Both the position numbers and the translations under genes were made by a program. Below the pieces are notes generated by a model. It did no database searches. It worked only from the letters and a program-made list of their open reading frames with translations, and had not been told where the DNA came from. From IMG/VR virus record IMGVR_UViG_3300036762_000188: 64,000 nucleotides of DNA, one strand, 5' to 3'. Origin of the DNA: a virus (taxonomy: Duplodnaviria > Caudoviricetes). Shown here piece after piece: positions 36,815 to 47,845 of the stretch (positions are counted from its first letter, which is position 1; each line of letters begins with the position of its first letter).

Positions 36815-37310
36815 AGACATACTTAATAGTCCATTCAAATATTAAAGAGAATGCATCGGTCTTAGGGATGCTCCTGAACGTCTTAATATTGAACATACTA
36901 CCTGATGCTTTAAACAAACCACATTCAGTTATACTCTCACCGTTAGCCTCATCGCTGTTAAGTGAGAACACTACTGTTATATACGCCTGTGTAGTATCAG
37001 CAGGATCTGATACGATTATATCTATATCAGAGTTAACTCCTGATATAGGACCATACAATCCAGTACGGGCAACGCCTGGAGTCCTAGGACGTTTACCCTC
37101 GGGGTCTATCGTACCGTCGTTACCCACTTTAAAAGAGGTTATTAAGTCTAAAGGAGCTGCTGCATCGTGTAGAAACGCCAGATGGGCCCTACGCGATGCC
37201 ATAGTGATAAGGTTCTTTTCGTTATCAACTAGAACCTCTTCTTCTCCAGTATTAAACCTGCGTTTAACAGTAAGAAAACCTTCCATACTACTATTATCTA
37301 CGATTTTCAT
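36813..37310 (-). CDS. baseplate/tail-fibre attachment protein
   Basis: NLIT...EANG..ITECGLF...MFNIKTF..IPKT pattern. Confidence 0.7.
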   Translation of the reverse strand: MKIVDNSSMEGFLTVKRRFNTGEEEVLVDNEKNLITMASRRAHLAFLHDAAAPLDLITSFKVGNDGTIDPEGKRPRTPGVARTGLYGPISGVNSDIDIIVSDPADTTQAYITVVFSLNSDEANGESITECGLFKASGSMFNIKTFRSIPKTDAFSLIFEWTIKYV

Positions 37311-39235
37311 TATACTCTCCTAGGTATTTTCCAACCATTAAAATTAGTTCCGCGAGTCATGTTGTAGACATCACCCCTGCCATTATCGTATAGTCCACCT
37401 GGTCTACCACGATCTACTAAGAATGGAGCTCCGTTACGGCTGACAGTACCCCTGGTAACCGGAGCATTTAATACTTCCACTACCTCTATGTGCTCACTAT
37501 CCTCTGCCATCAATGCAGTAGACGCTACAGTAGGCTCATACACTATCATAGATACGCTCCAGGTATCATCAATGCATGGGGATATAAGCAAGTCCGCCTC
37601 TGCCACATCAGGAGCATACGCATTATAGGCGTATATAGATAGTTTATGATCTAAAGGTAACTCATTAGTATGAATGCCAGTCTTACCCTCTCTACTAACC
37701 GCGTCGCTACGTATAATCACCATACCGGTAAGTTCTATACCTAGACGTGCTTCTAGTTCATACTTATCAGCCAGGTATAACCCTACCATCTGATCACCTC
37801 TGACTACACGCTCTACTCCGTCATAGGTCATACTGGCCGGGAATACTCTGGTTATATAATAAGGTACATCTGTAGTATTACCTCTAATGCCTCTAGTCAC
37901 CTTACCTCTATTACGTGGAGATGCTAGAGTTCCGCGGCTACCATATATAACTGCCAGCTTATCCAAGTCCCATGAATTAGGGTCCTCGAAGATAGGCTCA
38001 TATCCTGCATAAGATCTATCACCCTGTCCTACCATATTGTTAAGTTCGTAACTTATGCTATTACGATTATACCAATGCTTTCCGCGGCTAAATACCTGGA
38101 GGTTACGTCTCATTAATCTTATATCAGGAGCGCTTATGCATGTCTCGTTGGAATAGTTCTTCAGTGTGAAGTCTAAACTCTCCTCCATGGATACTTTATC
38201 ATCCGGTATAGGTACTTTCCATACGAATACAGGGAATGTCCATGATGGACGACTATACGTCACTAACCGATTAGCTATGTTAAAGGCGTCTATATCACCT
38301 GCAGGCCTAGTTATAAGCACTTCGAATATATGATACTTAGCCTTCTGCATAACAGAGTCTCCTAGAGATCCTGGTATACAACGCCCTAGAGCAGACGAAT
38401 TACTAGCAGGTAGAAGTTCATTAGGTAGATATATGTTGTACCACCAACCGTCTTCTTTTATGTAATCGATAATCTCTACCCAAGTATCTATCACCTGCCC
38501 TTCTATCAACACATCCCCTACGGTTACATTTGGATTGTAACCGTAAGGTATACGATATGAGTTGGATGAAGTGATTATCACGTAATCACCGGTATCGACG
38601 TCTTCGAATATATCTAGTACTTCTTCAGTATCCCTGGCGTAAGGCATGCCCATAGCCATGTTAATACCCTTCTCTACATGAGCCATAGTAGGGCCGTTGG
38701 TGTAGAGGAAGTATACACCCTCTAGGAACGCCTTATAATTATCTAATGATTTATCTTTATCAAATCCTACCAGCCTACCATATGATTTATAAGCCCAACC
38801 ACCATCGAAGACTACGTCGTTCAGCCATACTGCGTACTGCCAGGACCCATCGGTATTATGGCGTATAGGGAACTTGTAATCACTTATAGGCTTCTGTAAG
38901 CGTAGTACTCCGTCTACGATCTCAAACTCTCTATCTAAGTACAGAGTTTGAGTAGGTAGTACACTACGGTTAGTTATCGTAGCAGCCTGTACGTCTCCTA
39001 CAGAGAACTCAGTGTCAGATATATAATTATGAGACCCCAATAGTAGGAGTGATATCTCTGCGCTATGGTAATCTTGAACGTCCTCTAGGGATATGCCAGA
39101 GGTGCGCTGTAGGAAGTAGCTATACGCCTCTGACAACAGTTTAGTCTCCTGCTCCAATACTCCATCTACGATGTCGGTACTAGAGAAGAATTCTGTCCAA
39201 AAATCAGATATGCCGTACAGGTATGCCATGTTCAT
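37310..39235 (-). CDS. baseplate wedge-like protein
   Basis: Follows the baseplate J-like gene; YK.FL.G.YFLYTNGPT. Confidence 0.65.
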   Translation of the reverse strand: MNMAYLYGISDFWTEFFSSTDIVDGVLEQETKLLSEAYSYFLQRTSGISLEDVQDYHSAEISLLLLGSHNYISDTEFSVGDVQAATITNRSVLPTQTLYLDREFEIVDGVLRLQKPISDYKFPIRHNTDGSWQYAVWLNDVVFDGGWAYKSYGRLVGFDKDKSLDNYKAFLEGVYFLYTNGPTMAHVEKGINMAMGMPYARDTEEVLDIFEDVDTGDYVIITSSNSYRIPYGYNPNVTVGDVLIEGQVIDTWVEIIDYIKEDGWWYNIYLPNELLPASNSSALGRCIPGSLGDSVMQKAKYHIFEVLITRPAGDIDAFNIANRLVTYSRPSWTFPVFVWKVPIPDDKVSMEESLDFTLKNYSNETCISAPDIRLMRRNLQVFSRGKHWYNRNSISYELNNMVGQGDRSYAGYEPIFEDPNSWDLDKLAVIYGSRGTLASPRNRGKVTRGIRGNTTDVPYYITRVFPASMTYDGVERVVRGDQMVGLYLADKYELEARLGIELTGMVIIRSDAVSREGKTGIHTNELPLDHKLSIYAYNAYAPDVAEADLLISPCIDDTWSVSMIVYEPTVASTALMAEDSEHIEVVEVLNAPVTRGTVSRNGAPFLVDRGRPGGLYDNGRGDVYNMTRGTNFNGWKIPRRV

Positions 39236-40674
39236 AGGTTTACTCCTAAAAGCTTAAAGTTAGATACGGCGGTAGCTTCGTACGTATCTGTCAGCTCAGT
39301 CCATGTGTCAGTCAACAAACCACCTCTAGGTATAAGCTGATACCATACCTTACTATCCGTGAAGGAGAAGTCTGTCAATCCACTATCAACTATAGCGTTG
39401 AAGATACCGCTCTTATATATAGTACCACCTTCTGGTATAGAGTCTACATAACTCTTTATACGCGACTCGCAGTCAGACGGGATGTCAAAGGGGGACACTA
39501 TGTCTACCTTTATCATAATCGGCTGGAACGCCCTCACTAGATAGTTAGCTAATACTACTCTGTTATCCGGTAGGTCCATCCAATCCTGTATAGAACCTAC
39601 CCCTACTAGCACTTTAGATGTGAAAGTGGCAGTAGTACCTGCAGATAATATCATGTTTACACGAGTAGTCTGCTTAGATGACAGTCCGAATTCATCAGCG
39701 TCTACTGAGACTGTATATGGGGCAGCTGCGTCAATACTATCTAAGTATCCTTCTAAGAAGCTACGCGTTACCTCCAGTACAGGCCCTTCTATCTCTATAG
39801 CACCAAATTCATCTACGGTATACTGCCTAGTATCTTCCACTATCTCTGTATTGCATAGTACGTCTACGTGTCCTCCGATATGTATATCTACACCATCAAT
39901 ATTCACTAAATCCCTACTCATATCGGGATCCCCCATACCTACCACCTTGACGTTCTTAACGTATGAGAAATTATCCTGTATCTTACTTTCGATAGAAGGA
40001 TCATTAATAAGGTTACGGGTAGATATAGATGAGTACGATCTCTTAACCATATCAGTGTTAGTCTCTTGGCTAACAGCGTACTGTTTAAGATACAATATCT
40101 CACCCTTTACCATGTAAGGTGAGAATAGAGTGAAGTACAATAAGTCCCCTGTCTCCTTATTGTAAAGCTCATCAGCCTTATCGGAGTATAGGTCCACGTC
40201 ATAAAACCACAGCCCTTCCGATGCATCGTATGTAAAATCCGATTGTAGTACCGTAATAGCCTCAGATAGATAGAACTTAAGTTCATTATCCGTAGAGAAA
40301 TACGCCGATGACGGTATGATAATAGCCGCCGGCTCACTCTGCGGGAATGAGAAGAATAGGCGAGCTCTAACTATGGATTGATTACCAGACTTACGGGTTA
40401 TGAAGAAGTTAGATAATCTCTTGTCTACTACGTCACTAGGCGTGTCATCAGTTATGTCCGTTACATCGGTGCCTTCGAAGTAGTAGTCTAAGGCTTTCTT
40501 TACAGATGCTATCAGCACCGCATTCGGGCGTACTACCATATCACGTATGGCCGTACCTACACGGAAATCATAGTCTGGGAACTTACTGCTTAGATACTGC
40601 TCGGAGAATACCTCCGCCTCTAACAGATCTTCCGAGGTTATCTCTAATCCTCTTATAATAGAAAAAATATCCAT
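39232..40674 (-). CDS. baseplate J-like wedge protein
   Basis: DFRVGTAIRDMVVRP, NFFITRKSG, ETN, DPDMSRD, GGHVDV. Confidence 0.8.
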   Translation of the reverse strand: MDIFSIIRGLEITSEDLLEAEVFSEQYLSSKFPDYDFRVGTAIRDMVVRPNAVLIASVKKALDYYFEGTDVTDITDDTPSDVVDKRLSNFFITRKSGNQSIVRARLFFSFPQSEPAAIIIPSSAYFSTDNELKFYLSEAITVLQSDFTYDASEGLWFYDVDLYSDKADELYNKETGDLLYFTLFSPYMVKGEILYLKQYAVSQETNTDMVKRSYSSISTRNLINDPSIESKIQDNFSYVKNVKVVGMGDPDMSRDLVNIDGVDIHIGGHVDVLCNTEIVEDTRQYTVDEFGAIEIEGPVLEVTRSFLEGYLDSIDAAAPYTVSVDADEFGLSSKQTTRVNMILSAGTTATFTSKVLVGVGSIQDWMDLPDNRVVLANYLVRAFQPIMIKVDIVSPFDIPSDCESRIKSYVDSIPEGGTIYKSGIFNAIVDSGLTDFSFTDSKVWYQLIPRGGLLTDTWTELTDTYEATAVSNFKLLGVNL

Positions 40675-41141
40675 TAAGATATACCTGCGCTAGTGAATGG
40701 TAGTGCTATAGGAGCTGACTCACCACCCTTGGTTATTATACGGACTCTCAAATCTATACCATCTCTGGTAGTGTTCATAGAAGTAACTTCGACTCTATCA
40801 AGTTGAGAATTGACGTCAGCTCGTGGTGAGTTCAGGATCTCCTTAGTTCGAGTAGCAGCCACCTCTACATAGTCTTTAATGAGAGATTTAATTCTAGATG
40901 AGGTAGGTGAAGCACTTATAGATTGAAAGTCTGTCCCTATGTTATGTAGGACATCACTACCTTTAGAGGTTATAAACATCCTCAGGAAAGTCTGTGCCAC
41001 CTTCTGCACCCCACTTATACGTCTAGGGGTCTTATCCATCTCAGGAAGTACTGTACCCGTAGGAAATCCTTCAGGATAGGTAAGTACTAGCAGATCGTAT
41101 CTACCTCCTGTTTCTAAGTTTACTGTAGTACCTATTCTCAT
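40674..41141 (-). CDS. gp25-like baseplate protein
   Basis: ISGVQKVAQ.F....ITSKGSD....IGT; position upstream of the J-like gene. Confidence 0.7.
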   Translation of the reverse strand: MRIGTTVNLETGGRYDLLVLTYPEGFPTGTVLPEMDKTPRRISGVQKVAQTFLRMFITSKGSDVLHNIGTDFQSISASPTSSRIKSLIKDYVEVAATRTKEILNSPRADVNSQLDRVEVTSMNTTRDGIDLRVRIITKGGESAPIALPFTSAGIS

Positions 41142-41494
41142 AGCTTACCTATCATATGTGAGTCATTTATCTCTGCATTATACTTAACTCTACCTAGTAT
41201 AACTTGGTTTTCCGATATAGAGTCTGCGAATATAGCAGCACGTGAAGTGTGGTATAGACCCCTCTCTTTGATAAAGGATATCGCATCATAGTATGATTTC
41301 AAGAGAGCCATCTCAAATATACTAGGCCTGTTAGACGCCACTGCACTTATAAGGGCCTCTACTTCGTTTAGCGATGGTACTACTACATCGGCCGGTTCTT
41401 TAGGAGGGGTGCCGTCTGTTGCGTATAATCCTACACTCTCCATTAGAGAGTATAGGTTACGATAGAATTCATTCAGGTCTTGAGTAACCATCAT
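41138..41494 (-). CDS. hypothetical protein
   Basis: Start MMVTQ after GGAGG. Confidence 0.55.
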   Translation of the reverse strand: MMVTQDLNEFYRNLYSLMESVGLYATDGTPPKEPADVVVPSLNEVEALISAVASNRPSIFEMALLKSYYDAISFIKERGLYHTSRAAIFADSISENQVILGRVKYNAEINDSHMIGKL

Positions 41495-42185
41495 ATTCCT
41501 CCAGTAAACCACGTACTTTATTAACCAGTTTACGGTGGGAGTAATTGAGCTTATTAACATCCATACCGTGGACGCTACTCATCTCTTCTTGCGACAAGCC
41601 TTTGAATCGGCTATCCAATAGACTCCTCTCCTCATCAGTAAGACTGCTACGTACGTGGTTCATTCTAGTAGCGTCATCTGAGTACTCCGACGCAGCACCT
41701 AGGTATTCCAAGTTACCCTCATGAACGTCCTGGTATAGGTTAGACTGAAAATCAGTAACCTCCTTCTCCTTCCAGCCTAGTCTGAGAGCCAGCTCTGCAG
41801 GCGTAGGCTCCTTAAGAAGTTCAGACGATAGATCATCATAAGCTTTTTTGTAGTACTTAAATTGACCCTGTTGCTTAGCCTCTGACATACGCACTACGTT
41901 CTGGTACGTATAGTTAAGCCTGGAAGCCTGGGCTATATGGTTAAACACGTGTGTACTTAACTTAGCCCCTTTAGAGGGATCATATGAGTCTATAGCCGAC
42001 GCAGCATGCTTAGCTATCTCCGCCTTCAGGGCGCTATCCGGTAGTGATCCAGCTAGTGCCTTGAACTTCTTCTGCAATATAGGATGTAGAGCCATTACTA
42101 GACGTGTTCGATCTTTTTTAGATCCAGATTTTAGATATTGATCATATATCTCATCTTCTTGGTAGTTAGCCACTATAAACTCCAT
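41469..42185 (-). CDS. sigma-70-family (FliA/SigF-like) sigma factor
   Basis: AIDSYDPSKGAKLSTH (region 2), EPTPAELALRLG (region 3), LTDEER...GLSQEEM (region 4). Confidence 0.82.
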   Translation of the reverse strand: MEFIVANYQEDEIYDQYLKSGSKKDRTRLVMALHPILQKKFKALAGSLPDSALKAEIAKHAASAIDSYDPSKGAKLSTHVFNHIAQASRLNYTYQNVVRMSEAKQQGQFKYYKKAYDDLSSELLKEPTPAELALRLGWKEKEVTDFQSNLYQDVHEGNLEYLGAASEYSDDATRMNHVRSSLTDEERSLLDSRFKGLSQEEMSSVHGMDVNKLNYSHRKLVNKVRGLLEEYDGYSRPE

Positions 42186-42813
42186 AATACGCGATGATCA
42201 TAAGGGCTCTTTCTAAGTGACCCTGTATGCTCTTTAAATATTCTAACTCATCAGGTGGTACACCCTTGAGTCTGTTACACAAACCGTCCATCTCTCTATG
42301 ATTAGTGATGGTACTCCATAGAGTGTAGTGATACGGTAGCGGATCTGCAGGTATTACTTTATACCCCAGCAATGACCCGGAGTAAGTATTAGCCAGGAAA
42401 TTCTGATAAGATGCAGCGTCCCCTGTAAGCTCCATGTAAGAGCCTATTATACCACTATCATACGCTCCATACCTAGCACTACTACCGTAGTAACATAGAG
42501 AGCACACTCCATTAGAGGTACACGTACTACCATCCCGGACTCTAACATAATAAGTACCTACTGATAATAGGGATGATACCGTACTCTCAGATATAATCTG
42601 GTTAGTACCCAATTCAATAAGACCTTCTATAGACGTCAGAGTAGATACTCGACGCCCTATCTTGGTATCACAATCCGCTTCTACACATAATATTTTAGGG
42701 GATAGTATCTTTTTTGCAAAGGCTTTTAGCGGTGCATCTGTATCGGGTAAATACTCATAATTGAATACATTCTGCAATACATAATTATTACTATAATCTC
42801 TAGTGCCTATCAT
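42166..42813 (-). CDS. protein resembling the second Zn-binding segment of RNA polymerase beta-prime
   Basis: EADCDT..G...VRVRDGSTCTSNGVCSLCYYG parallels EDDCGT...VRS...C....GVC..CYG. Confidence 0.65.
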   Translation of the reverse strand: MIGTRDYSNNYVLQNVFNYEYLPDTDAPLKAFAKKILSPKILCVEADCDTKIGRRVSTLTSIEGLIELGTNQIISESTVSSLLSVGTYYVRVRDGSTCTSNGVCSLCYYGSSARYGAYDSGIIGSYMELTGDAASYQNFLANTYSGSLLGYKVIPADPLPYHYTLWSTITNHREMDGLCNRLKGVPPDELEYLKSIQGHLERALMIIAYYGVYSG

Positions 42814-44099
42814 CCTCCAACCCTCACTGAACCATCTGATTTAAGAACTACCGATACTGAACCGCTTGATATAGTAGCATTAAGACGGGCCACTATATTA
42901 GATAATGATACTATAGTCAAAGAGTTTAGTATATCGCGCTCTTTAGTAGACACTTGCGATAAAGACGCTATGCCTCGCAAAGATCCCTGTAGAGATAGCT
43001 GTCTTACACTCTTAGCTGCGGAGGTCTGAGGTACAGACTTAGAGCCTAACACTGTAGGATTGCCTCTATACTTAATACGGTTGGCTAGCGTCTCAGGGAA
43101 GTTCTGAGTGCGTATAACCAGAGATTCTAGATTAGCTAGAGTACCGTATACGTTACGGGTGGCATTATCTACAGTACGTAACGCTGCGTCTAATCCGAAC
43201 TCTACAGCATCTAGATAGGCCGCTATCTCCTCGCCATAATCACCTACGTATCCTACTAGATCTGTTATTAACCCTGTAGCAGCCGATATCACATCGGTAG
43301 TGAAGGAGAAGAATGACGTCAGATCAGCAGCGGAGAACCCTATAGCACTACCTATAGTGGGCAGGGATCCTAGCTTAATAGCATATGGATTATTAAGTAG
43401 ATTAACCCTATCCTCGGCAGAGTACCTACGTAGCGATTCTACTGCTGACGCTGTAACTGTAGGATCGGCAGGACGATGTCCTAGACTGACAGTCTCTATG
43501 TCACCCTCTATGGTATCCTGGAACGGTACTAGGGTGAACTCCTTAGCTATCATAGTAGCGTTGAACTGTACGTCAGTGTCTCTATCGGATTGATTACTAA
43601 CCTGCACGCCCATAAAAGCCCCTATCCACTGGGAGTTATGGGTAGTAAGCTCTACGTAGCCGTAGTTCTTAGCAGCTGCAGTACCGCTTATAAACTTGCG
43701 ATACATAGTTAAGAACTTGATAAAGTGATCGTTATCCAGATCATCTACCAGTAACCCACTTATGGATAGCACTACTGGAGCCTGCCCATAGAAGTACACC
43801 ATACTCTCACCACCAAAGGCTTGTACTATCTGACTCTTCTCTTGTATATCGTAGGACATACTCTGTAGGATGAAGTCTACGTACCCATCGTCGGATACTA
43901 GCTTGTCTAATATAACAGCTTCGTATGAAGATACTTGAGAACGCATGTATGCTATATCAGCGTCCTCCGGCAGTCTAAATCTTATAGTGGCTACATTAGA
44001 ATAAGTATCCAGTAGGCCTTGGTATCTAGGGCGTACCGTCAGTAACCTTTCTGTATTCTGGTCTATACGTCGAAATTTATCGTCGATCATATTACTCAC
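42810..44099 (-). CDS. tail/baseplate structural protein
   Basis: DFILQS.....QEK.QIV..FG....YFYG..P; position in tail operon. Confidence 0.6.
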   Translation of the reverse strand: MSNMIDDKFRRIDQNTERLLTVRPRYQGLLDTYSNVATIRFRLPEDADIAYMRSQVSSYEAVILDKLVSDDGYVDFILQSMSYDIQEKSQIVQAFGGESMVYFYGQAPVVLSISGLLVDDLDNDHFIKFLTMYRKFISGTAAAKNYGYVELTTHNSQWIGAFMGVQVSNQSDRDTDVQFNATMIAKEFTLVPFQDTIEGDIETVSLGHRPADPTVTASAVESLRRYSAEDRVNLLNNPYAIKLGSLPTIGSAIGFSAADLTSFFSFTTDVISAATGLITDLVGYVGDYGEEIAAYLDAVEFGLDAALRTVDNATRNVYGTLANLESLVIRTQNFPETLANRIKYRGNPTVLGSKSVPQTSAAKSVRQLSLQGSLRGIASLSQVSTKERDILNSLTIVSLSNIVARLNATISSGSVSVVLKSDGSVRVGG

Positions 44100-44853
44100 C
44101 TAGGTCTACCGGAACTGCCCGGTCAAACATTATCTGTATGTTCTCCTGGAGTACTAGATCACTACTATTAATCCCCAGGCTTAAATTGGCTATGTTACAA
44201 TTCTCTAAGTAAACAGCCTCTAAGAAACTCTTAACCTCGTCCGTATCCTTAGATACCGCGTCTGCTTTAGTGCGGAATATCACCATGATACCAAACGGTA
44301 CACATGCCTGAGCCGACGCTATATTAAGCCATAGATTACCGCTACCGGCTGAGTTACGTGTAGTAGGAGCATACGCAGTATCCTCTGTAACGAAAGCGGC
44401 TTCTTTAGTAAGTGCCCTTATTAGGTTACTCTGGTGCGCCAGCATCTTGCTTATGTTAAGAGAGCTTATAGTCTTACCCCTAGTGAAGTACGTTACGTCA
44501 CTACCTAACTCCCATACAGGTCGTAGTTGATTATCCTGGTTATACTGTACACCGGTTATCAGACCTATAGGGTGATACGGTACCTTACCGCCTTCCGCTA
44601 ATCTAGGAGGACCTGCTAGTATAAGAGTAGTGTCTGGCGTCACTGATTGGGCGGAGAATACGTCCAGAGTATACTCAGTATTTAGTCTATCTACATTACC
44701 GCCCTTCCAATCCCACGACCACGGAGCCTCACTATTGTCTGAGGCTGCAGGTAAACCTACAAATAGATTCTCTTTCTTAAAGTACGATGATAGGCCTGTA
44801 TCATATATACTCCCCTCCCCCTCTCTAGGAAGAGGTAGTAGTTTCCACGTCAT
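44092..44853 (-). CDS. tail tube-like protein
   Basis: PIGL.......Q...L..VWELGS...YF; YLENC.I...LQENIQIMFDR. Confidence 0.65.
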   Translation of the reverse strand: MTWKLLPLPREGEGSIYDTGLSSYFKKENLFVGLPAASDNSEAPWSWDWKGGNVDRLNTEYTLDVFSAQSVTPDTTLILAGPPRLAEGGKVPYHPIGLITGVQYNQDNQLRPVWELGSDVTYFTRGKTISSLNISKMLAHQSNLIRALTKEAAFVTEDTAYAPTTRNSAGSGNLWLNIASAQACVPFGIMVIFRTKADAVSKDTDEVKSFLEAVYLENCNIANLSLGINSSDLVLQENIQIMFDRAVPVDLGE

Positions 44854-45104
44854 ACATCACCTCGCATAACCTTGGTAGTCATAATAGTATAAGCATAGCT
44901 TATCATAAGCTCCTGCATCTTCCTGCTATTCTTACGCAGTACGAAGCACTCGCGGGCGCTACTATTATCGGATAGTAGCTCCTTTACGGAAGTAGGTATA
45001 AATAGTTTATTCCTACGGATATCTGCTATCTTCTCAGGCCTGCTAAGCTCTCTGTCTGATAGGTCTAGGGTCGGAACCCTAGACACTCCATCTTTAATTT
45101 CCAT
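44850..45104 (-). CDS. hypothetical protein
   Basis: Translationally coupled in the tail operon. Confidence 0.6.
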   Translation of the reverse strand: MEIKDGVSRVPTLDLSDRELSRPEKIADIRRNKLFIPTSVKELLSDNSSARECFVLRKNSRKMQELMISYAYTIMTTKVMRGDV

Positions 45105-47844
45105 TTATACCTCTCTGCCTACGTAACATCTCAGAGTTATTCTTAAGCCTATCAAGTTCGTTATTGACGTCACGTAGTCTAGTGTTAAGCTTGCCGAACA
45201 TTGATACAGTACCGTCGTCACTGCCTAGTACCCTACTAAACTCACCCATACTAACAACCGCCTCCTTCATGTACTCCACACCTTCTATATCTATACCGGT
45301 GCTAGGGGCCTTGATGGATGCCTGCGTAGTGTTAATCTCTTCCTGCAGGTCTAAGAACTTATTAGCAGACGCCTCTGCCTTACCACCTACAGCCTTCCAT
45401 CTACTGCTAAGGTTCTGTACTAAAGCGTCTCTATCTAAGGTAGGCATACCCTCTGTCATAGCCCTTATGGCCTTCTGGAAGTCTTCCTCTTTAGTTAGAT
45501 CTAGCCCATTTATAGTATCGGCCTGTACATTAGTGTAGAAGTCTCTGAAGCGCTTCTGGTCGTCTACAGACTCTTCACCCTTATCCCATTTAGATATCTC
45601 TTCCTCCGAGAATCCTGCAGCTGCAAGAGCTTTACGTGCACGCTTACTATCTCTACTATTAGGATCGCCTCCGATAACACGCTTGACGTTGGCCAGTAAC
45701 CCCTTCTCGATACCCTCACTAGCTCTGATAGAGCCCATTAACCCGCGGAACTCATCGTCGTCGAATATCTTAAATTTATCACGATACAGACTATCATCCC
45801 TACCTTTAGTACCAGTACGATTAACTGACAGGCCTTTCATATCACGTGCCGCTATCTTAGCGTCTATCGTAGACTCTGTATCGAAGATATCACCTCTTCG
45901 AATAGCGTTTAGTTCTACCAGTGCGTCCGTATCTACGGTAGGTCCGGATAGCACCTTACGGGATAACCTTCGTACATCTTCATCGAATGAAGCGGTTCCT
46001 TCAAGTAGCTTAGCCATGATACCGTCGTACTTAGAGTCTCTCTGGAATCCCGAGTCAGTACCATTACGACGCTTACCGCGTTTACCTACTTCTATACGGG
46101 ATAGTCCATCGTCCATAACAGCGTATTGGCGAGCAGGGTCGTCTATACCGTACCCCGCGAAACCTAGGTAATTCATAAGATCTTCAGCACCACCTGAGGC
46201 TATGTTAAGCCATCCTGCAGTATCATCACCGAAGTTCTTAATACCACGCTTAGCTCTTACTAAACCTCTCTCCATCGCACCTATAATAGGTACTCCCTGG
46301 TTTGCCAAGCCACTCTCTTCTAGAGTATTAACAAATCTATCAGTGTTAGAGGCTCTTCTAGCGGATGACGCCATAGCTATACTCTTAGAATCTTTAAGAG
46401 ATTCGTTCTCCAGTACTGCAGCACGGAATACCTGTGGATTCATACCGTTCATCTGAGCTACGTTAGCCAGCTTACTAAGAGTAACCTTCTCATTGCCGTA
46501 CATAGATTTCAACTGAGTAACTAACTGCTTAAGTATAGTAGTACCTGCAGTCTCTCCCTCCATAAACTTCTGAGAGTATACGCTACGGTTCATATACATA
46601 TCTCCCATAGCCTCCATAGGGTTGCCTCGGCGACTGAAGTCCCCTAACGCACCGTCTATAGAATCCGCCCCGGTCATACCCATTAGTACGGACCAGTGAT
46701 CGGTAGCAGCCTCCATAGCCCCTTGAGTAACTAGCTGAGTAGCACCTTCTACACCACCTAGTGCTGCCATCTGGGAGTTACTCACTAGACCAGAGCGATA
46801 CGCGTTGGTAAAGCCAGCGTAAGCTCCCATAGAGGTTTTCATACCGACGGTAGGTGCCATACCAGCCTGTTGGAATATTAAATGCCCCTGGGCGCCTACA
46901 GAGTCTACCATCTGACCGATACTAACCCCGGCCACACCTGCCATACTAGCTATCTCTGACATGGCCGCGGACATCTGGCGATTATTAGTTAAACCTGCGC
47001 GCTTTAGCTTGGCTAAATAATCTACTGCCTCTTTAAAATCACGGTTACCAGTGACGTCCTGGATGACCTTAATGGTATCTACCGTGCTCTTAACCGCCTC
47101 TACTATACTATCGGAATCCATCATAGTGAATTCTTGTAGAGTACCTGCCTTCATAGCCAGGTCTGCTATCTCCTGTACATCCATACCGTCGAAGCGTTGA
47201 TCATCCACTCCGATTTTATTGATCTTCTCTGCAAGCTGCGCAGAGCGCATAGCACCTACACCGCGTCTACCGTTAAGACCTGCACCGGTATACACTTTAG
47301 ATAGATTATCTTGTAGAGCGCCTCGCCCCTCTCTAATAGAAGAGTAGTTATCCACGAAGCCTGTGTTAACTATACTAGTAGCTGCAGTAGCTGCTGCTAT
47401 AGGGAGTAACATACCTCCGATCATACCACCAGCGTATCCTGCGGCCCCACCTAGTACACTGCCCATACCTAAACTACCAGCGGCGCGCGGGATCATACCT
47501 GCACCTACCTTGGTAAAGCCTCTTGATACTAAAGAGCCTAGGCCGCTAACACCAGCTCTAGCTATTCCAGCCCCTAACTTCTCACCACTACCCTTCAGCA
47601 TCTTATTAGCTGCCCACCAGGTGGCAAGAGGCACTCCTACGTTCTGTGCACCCCAGGCCAAACCGTCAGCAGGGGCACTAGCTATATCTCGAAGATATGG
47701 CTCGTTCTCCATGTATGGGTTATGGTACGCAGGACGGAAGTTGGCCATGTACGCCGGGGTCATGAGGGATGGATCTATTCCATAACCCTCATACGTAGAC
47801 ATAGGTGACGTGAACTGTGCCTGATATGGATCTAATCTATCCAT
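45094..47844 (-). CDS. tape measure protein
   Basis: 916 aa, Ala/Gly-rich helical, hydrophobic Gly-rich segment; tail operon downstream of frameshifted chaperones. Confidence 0.75.
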   Translation of the reverse strand: MDRLDPYQAQFTSPMSTYEGYGIDPSLMTPAYMANFRPAYHNPYMENEPYLRDIASAPADGLAWGAQNVGVPLATWWAANKMLKGSGEKLGAGIARAGVSGLGSLVSRGFTKVGAGMIPRAAGSLGMGSVLGGAAGYAGGMIGGMLLPIAAATAATSIVNTGFVDNYSSIREGRGALQDNLSKVYTGAGLNGRRGVGAMRSAQLAEKINKIGVDDQRFDGMDVQEIADLAMKAGTLQEFTMMDSDSIVEAVKSTVDTIKVIQDVTGNRDFKEAVDYLAKLKRAGLTNNRQMSAAMSEIASMAGVAGVSIGQMVDSVGAQGHLIFQQAGMAPTVGMKTSMGAYAGFTNAYRSGLVSNSQMAALGGVEGATQLVTQGAMEAATDHWSVLMGMTGADSIDGALGDFSRRGNPMEAMGDMYMNRSVYSQKFMEGETAGTTILKQLVTQLKSMYGNEKVTLSKLANVAQMNGMNPQVFRAAVLENESLKDSKSIAMASSARRASNTDRFVNTLEESGLANQGVPIIGAMERGLVRAKRGIKNFGDDTAGWLNIASGGAEDLMNYLGFAGYGIDDPARQYAVMDDGLSRIEVGKRGKRRNGTDSGFQRDSKYDGIMAKLLEGTASFDEDVRRLSRKVLSGPTVDTDALVELNAIRRGDIFDTESTIDAKIAARDMKGLSVNRTGTKGRDDSLYRDKFKIFDDDEFRGLMGSIRASEGIEKGLLANVKRVIGGDPNSRDSKRARKALAAAGFSEEEISKWDKGEESVDDQKRFRDFYTNVQADTINGLDLTKEEDFQKAIRAMTEGMPTLDRDALVQNLSSRWKAVGGKAEASANKFLDLQEEINTTQASIKAPSTGIDIEGVEYMKEAVVSMGEFSRVLGSDDGTVSMFGKLNTRLRDVNNELDRLKNNSEMLRRQRGINGN

Positions 47845-47845
47845 C

